From an uncultured Dehalococcoidia bacterium (GTDB lineage Bacteria > Chloroflexota > Dehalococcoidia > Lucifugimonadales > UBA826): 64,000 bases of DNA. The position numbers and the translations under genes are program-made. Below are positions 58,250 through 64,000 of the stretch, piece after piece. Below the pieces are notes generated by a model, which ran no database searches, had not been told where the DNA came from, and saw only the letters and a program-made list of their open reading frames with translations. The DNA is taken from assembly GCA_964409595.1 (NCBI GenBank), contig CAYPDR010000022.1, forward strand, positions 20,399-84,398, read 5' to 3'. Position 1 is the stretch's first letter, and each line of letters opens with the position of its first letter.

Positions 58250-60157
58250 ATGTGCGGGATCGCAGGAGTTCTTAGATTCGATGGCAAGATCGCGGAAAGC
58301 CAGACGATTCAAGACATGAATCTTTCTCAACGCCATCGGGGGCCTGATGATGAAGGTGTGTTCGTAAATGGGCAAATTGCCCTTGGTCTTGCCCGCCTTT
58401 CTGTAATGGATACGTCAGAGAATGCGAAACAACCAATATTCAACGCTACGGGCGATGTCGCTGTAGTGTTTAACGGGGAAATCTACAATTTCGCAGAAAT
58501 CAAAAATCTTCTTTATGAGAATGGGCACGCCTTCGTATCAAACGGTGATGCCGAAGTTTTGCCCCATGCTTACGAAGAGTGGGGTATGCCAGGAATGCTT
58601 TCCCGCCTTAAAGGGATGTTTGCATTTGCCTTATGGGATCAGGAACGTGAATCATTGTTTCTCGTTAGGGATAGATTGGGAGTGAAACCATTGTGCTATG
58701 CAGTAAGCTCCGATTCGATGGAATTTGCTTCGGAGCCTCATGCGTTGAGTTGCTACCAACAACTCGTCACCAAACTTGATTTGGATGGGTTAGAAAGCTA
58801 TTTGTCGTTAGGATATACCGACACTCACACTAACTTTGTGAAAGGGGTAATGTCTGTGTCTCCCGCCTGTTATTTGGAAGTTAAAAATGGGGTTGTTAGA
58901 GAGTTTAAGTATTGGTCTCTTCCTGAGGTGGTATTAAATCCACGTAATCCTACCTTTCAGCAATATGTTGACGAAGCGGACGCTTTACTTTTAAATGCTG
59001 TTGAAAGCAGAATGAAAAGTGATGTTCCTTTAGGAGTGTTTCTCAGCGCGGGTATAGACTCCAGTCTAATAGCAGCCTACGCATCTCGAAACAGTAGAGG
59101 ACCGATAAAAACATTCACAGTTGACTTTACAGACTCTCCAAAGACTGAATCAGAGAATGAATCGCATCTAGCATCTCAGGTCGCTAACAGGTACGGCACT
59201 GATCACAAAATCCTACAAGTGGGAGCTGACTCGATAGGTTCTCTTCCTAGACTTGTTCATAATGTTTCAGAACCATTCTCCGACCCCTCGCTACTTTCAA
59301 CATACATGATTTGCAAGGCCGCGAGAGAGGATATTACTGTAGCACTCACGGGGGATGGAGGTGATGAGTCTTTTGCCGGTTATTCAAACGTTAATGTTGC
59401 CCGTTTAGCGGATAGGGTAATGGGATGGTGCCCTAATTACATCAGAAAACCAACTTTTGAGCTATTACTTGAGATTTTCCCAGATAATCCAAGGCTATCC
59501 AAGATTAGAACACTTTTGAAATATGGCACGAATGACATTGGACATATCTACGATAATCCACAACTGTGGAATCGAAAAATTAGAGATAAATTGCTTGCTG
59601 AAACTAGAGATAATTCAGATTTGCGGTTGCCGTTTAAGGGGAAACTAGATCAGTTTGAACAATCGCTGACCAGGAAACTATCTTATGTGGATTTCAACTT
59701 GAGACTTCCTTGCGGGTATCTTAAAAAAGTAGATATAGCTAGTAGTTCGTTATCGATGGAGATAAGATCTCCTTTCCTAGATCACGAATTAGTCGAATAT
59801 ATGTGGAATGTTCCTGATGAGTTGAAGATCTACAAAGGTAGACAGAAAGGCTTTCTTAGGTATTTAGCGAGTAATTACCTACCTGAGGCCATAGTAAGAA
59901 GAAAAAAAACAGGGTTTTCCCCCCCGATCTCTGAATGGCTTAGGACACGGTGGAGGCCAATCCTCATTCAACTTGTAGAAAATGGCTTAGCCAGACGGAA
60001 AGGCTATTTTCGACCAGACATAATCCGGGACCAAGTTGATGATCACCTGAGCCTAAGGCGAGATAATGGGATGAGGCTTTGGCAACTGATTTGTCTAGAA
60101 GTATGGTTCCAAATATTTGTTGACAGGACCTTAAAACCCGATGACTCCCTTTTCTGA
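58250..60157 (+). CDS. asparagine synthase family amidotransferase, copy 3
   Basis: MCGIAGV and PP-loop variant FLSAGIDSSL. Length is 635 aa. Confidence 0.85.
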   Translation: MCGIAGVLRFDGKIAESQTIQDMNLSQRHRGPDDEGVFVNGQIALGLARLSVMDTSENAKQPIFNATGDVAVVFNGEIYNFAEIKNLLYENGHAFVSNGDAEVLPHAYEEWGMPGMLSRLKGMFAFALWDQERESLFLVRDRLGVKPLCYAVSSDSMEFASEPHALSCYQQLVTKLDLDGLESYLSLGYTDTHTNFVKGVMSVSPACYLEVKNGVVREFKYWSLPEVVLNPRNPTFQQYVDEADALLLNAVESRMKSDVPLGVFLSAGIDSSLIAAYASRNSRGPIKTFTVDFTDSPKTESENESHLASQVANRYGTDHKILQVGADSIGSLPRLVHNVSEPFSDPSLLSTYMICKAAREDITVALTGDGGDESFAGYSNVNVARLADRVMGWCPNYIRKPTFELLLEIFPDNPRLSKIRTLLKYGTNDIGHIYDNPQLWNRKIRDKLLAETRDNSDLRLPFKGKLDQFEQSLTRKLSYVDFNLRLPCGYLKKVDIASSSLSMEIRSPFLDHELVEYMWNVPDELKIYKGRQKGFLRYLASNYLPEAIVRRKKTGFSPPISEWLRTRWRPILIQLVENGLARRKGYFRPDIIRDQVDDHLSLRRDNGMRLWQLICLEVWFQIFVDRTLKPDDSLF

Positions 60158-61322
60158 AAACATTAGCAATAAGTTACTTGCCTTTTGTGACGGATACCCA
60201 TCCCGGAAAGACCCCGCAACGAATGTTTTTGTTCACACCCTGATGAAGTCTGTTAGGAAGCACGGTGTCGATGTAAGCGTAATTGCTCCCGCTCCAATAT
60301 TTTCTCTGACAAGGGGAGTAAATTTTTCGACAGGTTCGCGAAAACAAGAGACCCTTGAAGGGATCCCGGTCAACCGACCCAGATATTTATCATATTCCGC
60401 AAAAAAAATTCCATTGATTGGTACCACTCTCGCAATGTCTATTGGAAGTTTGTCATCTTCTGCTCTTCGTGTAGCTGCTAAAGAAGTAGATAGACCATCT
60501 GTCGCATATGGGCATTTTTTGTTTTCCGGTGGTACTTGCGCGATCAAGGTTGCGGAATATTTTTCCATACCATCGGTTGTTTCTCTAGGTGAAAGTAGTT
60601 TTGATGTCTATATGGAACACTTTGGTAGACAGATGATCAAGACACAACTCCATAAATTTGACAAGGTAATAGCGGTTTCCAATGGCTTGAAAGAGAAATG
60701 CGTTGAAGAATTTGGATACCCTACTGATGGTATACGAGTCATCCCTAATGCAGTGGATCCTGACATGTTCTTTCCACGTAGTAGATCAGAAAGTCGTAAA
60801 ATTTTAAGGTTGCCTATGTCTGAAATTATTGGGATTGCAGTAGGTAGTTTCAGTACTCGCAAAGGCTACAAGAAATTTCACAAGGTAGTGGAATCAATAA
60901 AAGGCCTAAACATGATCTATTTAGGGTCAGGACCTGAAAAACCAGCTGGTAAAAACATTCTGTACGTAGGAGAAGTTCAGCATGCGAATGTTCCTTTGTG
61001 GTTAGCAGCAGCTGATTTTTTTGTTCATCCATCTCAAGCAGAAGGTTCATCAAATGCCATATTGGAGGCTTTATCGTGTGGCCTGCCGGTTGTTGTTAAC
61101 GATATCCCACCAAACAGAGAATTGGTTGATGAAAAGAAAGCAATTTTCTTTGATGCCGGATCCTACTCCCAAGTTAAGGAAGCAATCACAGATGTGGTAC
61201 ATAATTCTGAAAAGCGTGGCATTTTGGCAAGGAACTCAAAGAATGAGGCGAGCCAATATACGATCCATCACAGAAGTGAAAATATTATCAACTGGCTAGG
61301 GATAAATAATTACCAGAGATGA
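60141..61322 (+). CDS. glycosyltransferase family 4
   Basis: AEGSSNAILEALSCGLPVVVND. 17-nt overlap with the upstream gene. Confidence 0.85.
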   Translation: MTPFSENISNKLLAFCDGYPSRKDPATNVFVHTLMKSVRKHGVDVSVIAPAPIFSLTRGVNFSTGSRKQETLEGIPVNRPRYLSYSAKKIPLIGTTLAMSIGSLSSSALRVAAKEVDRPSVAYGHFLFSGGTCAIKVAEYFSIPSVVSLGESSFDVYMEHFGRQMIKTQLHKFDKVIAVSNGLKEKCVEEFGYPTDGIRVIPNAVDPDMFFPRSRSESRKILRLPMSEIIGIAVGSFSTRKGYKKFHKVVESIKGLNMIYLGSGPEKPAGKNILYVGEVQHANVPLWLAAADFFVHPSQAEGSSNAILEALSCGLPVVVNDIPPNRELVDEKKAIFFDAGSYSQVKEAITDVVHNSEKRGILARNSKNEASQYTIHHRSENIINWLGINNYQR

Positions 61323-61450
61323 GTTCGTAATCATAGGTGATTTGGCGGTTGCCAAAGGACGCCTATAAGGAGTGAGGTATCCAATTTGCCATTGGATTTT
61401 GAGTTTAAAATTGGGCTAAGGTTTTCCACCCGGACTAAAGGTATTCAAGT

Positions 61451-62611
61451 ATGAATGTTTTGAGTATTCTTCAATACCCGGCTTACAACGGACACGCCAA
61501 TACATGTGTGCCGATCGATAAAATACTTGAGAAGCAAGGGGTTTATTCGACGTCCCTGATTCCTTCTGGTATCCATACATTGATAACCAGTCACAAGAGA
61601 CACAACTGCAATTATAGGGAGGAAGACCTCTCTAGATTGCGCATCACAAAGAATTTTAGAACTCAATCGGAAGTGTTGAAGAATTTTTACGGCACTGTAA
61701 ATCGGATTCGAGTGGCAATAAGGGAACTTAACATAGACGTAGTACTTGTTTGTGGGATGGAAAATCCCCACGGAGCTATCGCTGCACGCCTAGAGGGTAA
61801 AAAAGTTGTGGGACAGGTGTTGGGATTGGGCATACCTTCGTACGTTAGGCGTTTGGTGGCAATATGGACTCGCTATACCTGTGAGGTTGGTATGATGCCA
61901 GGAAAATCTCTTCACCAATATTTTCCTGGCTTTATTCCCAAGTCTAAATGTGTATTCTTTTTTCCCCCGGTGGACTCGGACACCTACACTTTCACTGAAA
62001 AGAGTATCGATTTTGCGGAGTATCATGGGATTGATATTGGGAATCCGGTGATCGGCACTGTAGGGAATATAAATCCTGCAAAAGGTCTTGAGACTTTCAT
62101 AACAGCCGCAGGTTTAATAAAGAAACATTTGCCAAAAGCACAATTCTTGGTCAAGGGCAACGTTTTAGCCAATCAAGAGGGTTATTTCAATCGATTGCTC
62201 GATATGGCTAAAGGACTAGGAATTCAAAGTGGCAAAGATATATTCTTCATAAGAGATTCTGAAAGTGCCGTAAGGGCGGTCTCTATAATGGACGTCTATG
62301 TTCAAGCATCCAAAGGCGAAGGAATCTCAACTGCCCTTCTTGAGGCGATGTCTATGAAAAGGCCGGTGATTGCTACCTCTGTGGGAGCTACAGAGGATGC
62401 TGTGGCGGACCGAAAGAATGGTGTTCTGGTGATGCCGGGAGATGGAGAATCAATCTCAGGTGAAGTGTTAAATATATTGAAAAATGAGCAGTTCGCTTGC
62501 AGTCTTGGAGAACGAGCTCGCAGATTTGTGTTGAGGCATGCATCGATTGAATCTTGTGCAAAAGCCCATCGTGAGGCATTCGAAATGGCATTACAAAAGC
62601 GTAAAAATTAA
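61451..62611 (+). CDS. glycosyltransferase family 4
   Basis: KGEGISTALLEAMSMKRPVIATSVG. Confidence 0.85.
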   Translation: MNVLSILQYPAYNGHANTCVPIDKILEKQGVYSTSLIPSGIHTLITSHKRHNCNYREEDLSRLRITKNFRTQSEVLKNFYGTVNRIRVAIRELNIDVVLVCGMENPHGAIAARLEGKKVVGQVLGLGIPSYVRRLVAIWTRYTCEVGMMPGKSLHQYFPGFIPKSKCVFFFPPVDSDTYTFTEKSIDFAEYHGIDIGNPVIGTVGNINPAKGLETFITAAGLIKKHLPKAQFLVKGNVLANQEGYFNRLLDMAKGLGIQSGKDIFFIRDSESAVRAVSIMDVYVQASKGEGISTALLEAMSMKRPVIATSVGATEDAVADRKNGVLVMPGDGESISGEVLNILKNEQFACSLGERARRFVLRHASIESCAKAHREAFEMALQKRKN

Positions 62612-62622
62612 ATCGGAGAGAT

Positions 62623-63600
62623 ATGGTCAAGAAAATTCTAGTAACTGGTGCAGGTGGATTCATAGGTCATCATCTTGTGTCCTTTTTGAAAGAGAGAGGA
62701 TACTGGGTTCGTGGCGTGGATATTAAACTTCCGGAATATGCTGAATCTTTGGCTGACGAATTTGAGTTGTTGGATCTACGTCGCTGGGACTCTTGTCTCC
62801 AGGCAACTAGAGGTGTTGAAGAGGTCTACAATCTCGCAGCTGACATGGGAGGTATTGGATATATCACCGCGTATTTGGCCGATATTGCTAGGAACAATTC
62901 ATTGATTAACACACATATGCTGGAATCTTCACGCCTTAACGACGTCGCTCGTTTCTTCTATTCGTCGTCTGCATGCATTTACCCGAGTTATCTACAGGAA
63001 GACGCTGACGTAACTCCTCTCAAAGAATCAGACGCTTATCCGGCTGACCCGGAAGAAGGCTATGGATGGGAAAAGTTGTACATGGAGAAAATGTGTCAAT
63101 ACTACTCTCATGACTATGGCTTAGAGACAAGGGTGGCGAGATTTCATAATGTGTATGGACCGTTGGGAACATATGATGGTGGAAAAGAGAAGGCACCGGC
63201 TGCCATATGCAGAAAAATTGCCTTGGCAAAAGACGGAGATGAGCTCGAGATTTGGGGCGATGGTAAGCAAACCAGGTCTTTTATGTATATCGACGATTGC
63301 GTAGAAGGGATTTATAAGATAACTAAATCAGATTACTGTGAACCCTTGAATCTTGGTATGGACGTTATGGTCACCGTGGACGAATTAGTCGACTTGGTTT
63401 TGGAAATAGCCGGTAAATCGCTTTTGAAGCGGCACGACACGAGTAAACCCCAGGGTGTTCGGGGACGAAATAGTGACAATTCAAAATTGGAAGGTCTTTT
63501 GAATTGGTCTCCTGAATATTCCTTGGCTGATGGTCTCTCCATCACTTATGGCTGGATAGAATCGGAACTAAAAAAGACGGAAAAAATTTCTTCTTACTGA
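62623..63600 (+). CDS. GDP-mannose 3,5-epimerase homolog (extended SDR)
   Basis: VTGAGGFIGHHL, NLAADMGGIGYI, FFYSSSACIYP, YGWEKL, RFHNVYGP.GT..GG.EKAPAA.CRK, WGDGKQTRSF and GVRGRNSDN. It is colinear over nearly the full length with plant GME as I recall it. Confidence 0.8.
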   Translation: MVKKILVTGAGGFIGHHLVSFLKERGYWVRGVDIKLPEYAESLADEFELLDLRRWDSCLQATRGVEEVYNLAADMGGIGYITAYLADIARNNSLINTHMLESSRLNDVARFFYSSSACIYPSYLQEDADVTPLKESDAYPADPEEGYGWEKLYMEKMCQYYSHDYGLETRVARFHNVYGPLGTYDGGKEKAPAAICRKIALAKDGDELEIWGDGKQTRSFMYIDDCVEGIYKITKSDYCEPLNLGMDVMVTVDELVDLVLEIAGKSLLKRHDTSKPQGVRGRNSDNSKLEGLLNWSPEYSLADGLSITYGWIESELKKTEKISSY

Positions 63601-63609
63601 TCCTAACTT

Positions 63610-64000
63610 ATGGGTAGACGGATTCTGGTAATCAATCAGTATTTCTCGCCAGATGTTGCGTCGTCTGGACAAATTCTCAAAGAATTATGTGCTGGCTTGG
63701 TTGGAAATGGTCACCGAGTCTCCGTCGTGGCGGCGCAACCGAGCTATGAGAGTTCCGAAGTCAATGCACCGCGATTCGAAAACGTCGACGGAATTGATGT
63801 ATACAGAATAAATATGTCTGGCACGCGAGGTAGAAGCAACCTAGCGTTACGTTGCATTGGTTACATTAGGTTTTTGTTGGTGAGTTGGTGGTTGGCGAGA
63901 AAATTAATGTCGCAAACCGGGTTTGATTTGGTCATAACCCTATCGAATCCTCCCTTTGCTGCCGTAGTGGGAGCATTGACGGCAAGAAGGTGGGACATTC
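63610..64000 (+). CDS. glycosyltransferase family 4 (WcaI-like N-terminus), truncated by the window end
   Basis: My own translation from ATG 63610 reads MGRRILVINQYFSPDVASSGQILKELCAGLVGNGHRVSVVAAQPSY..., with no stop before nt 64000. It is absent from the ORF track because it has no stop codon. Confidence 0.75.
   Translation, partial: MGRRILVINQYFSPDVASSGQILKELCAGLVGNGHRVSVVAAQPSYESSEVNAPRFENVDGIDVYRINMSGTRGRSNLALRCIGYIRFLLVSWWLARKLMSQTGFDLVITLSNPPFAAVVGALTARRWDI

Noticed and set aside
57568-60408. In-frame homopolymers A9 (57568-57576), A8 (59901-59908), C7 (59918-59924) and A8 (60401-60408) as phase-variation switches.
   Set aside because: All are in frame as sequenced, and Lys (AAA) runs of this length are expected by chance in DNA of ~40% GC. 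Only the T8 tract at the 5' end of the GT gene has a concrete frame argument.
1-64000. Searched by eye for CRISPR-like regularly spaced repeats, rRNA, transposase, integrase or phage genes, toxin-antitoxin pairs and reverse transcriptases.
   Set aside because: None of the translated ORFs shows the corresponding motifs, and I saw no periodic direct repeats. Absence is by inspection only, not by computation.

Overview
The left ~11 kb is a run of conserved housekeeping genes: apgM (truncated at the left edge), tpiA, miaA, dapF, dapL, hflX, an S41 C-terminal processing protease, smpB, tRNA-Arg(UCU) and a thioredoxin-fold DUF255-type protein. Two small oddities interrupt this run. One is an opposite-strand, visibly AT-richer orphan gene at 5700-6701. 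The other is a 77-aa HTH gene next to the tRNA. From ~11.3 kb to the right edge the window holds one very large glycan-biosynthesis locus of more than 52 kb. It is almost entirely on the plus strand and tightly packed, with many ATGA/GTGA/TTGA start-stop overlaps. It starts with a GT-C (ArnT/PMT-like) membrane glycosyltransferase, a UDP-glucuronate 4-epimerase, a PglC/WbaP-type phosphoglycosyl transferase and a convergent Wzy_C(O-antigen-ligase)-TPR membrane protein. Next comes a regulatory head: a divergent promoter with tandem inverted repeats, an EPS-type MarR/wHTH regulator, and a translationally coupled NusG/RfaH-like paralog. Three nucleotide-sugar 6-dehydrogenases are present (WbpA-like, Ugd, AlgD-like), together with UDP-xylose synthase and a GDP-mannose 3,5-epimerase homolog. 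There are two separate NeuB-centred nonulosonic-acid modules, and the second contains clear PseB/PseC. The locus also encodes three AsnB-family amidotransferases, a WbuX/PseA-type amidotransferase, a KpsS/KpsC-family (PF05159) transferase, an MsbA/PglK-type ABC exporter and at least eight GT4-type glycosyltransferases. I saw no CRISPR array, rRNA, transposase, integrase or phage genes. The most interesting material is the architecture of the glycan locus (duplicated NulO pathways with an unassigned hexose-release step, an enzyme fusion, a nucleotide-level GDP-uronate/epimerase branch, a dehydrogenase/amidotransferase triad, a NusG-paralog control head). None of it can be proven from sequence alone. 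Taxonomy is only an inference: archaeal-type ApgM plus the DapL pathway plus the monoderm-style locus suggest something like a marine Chloroflexota, with low confidence.
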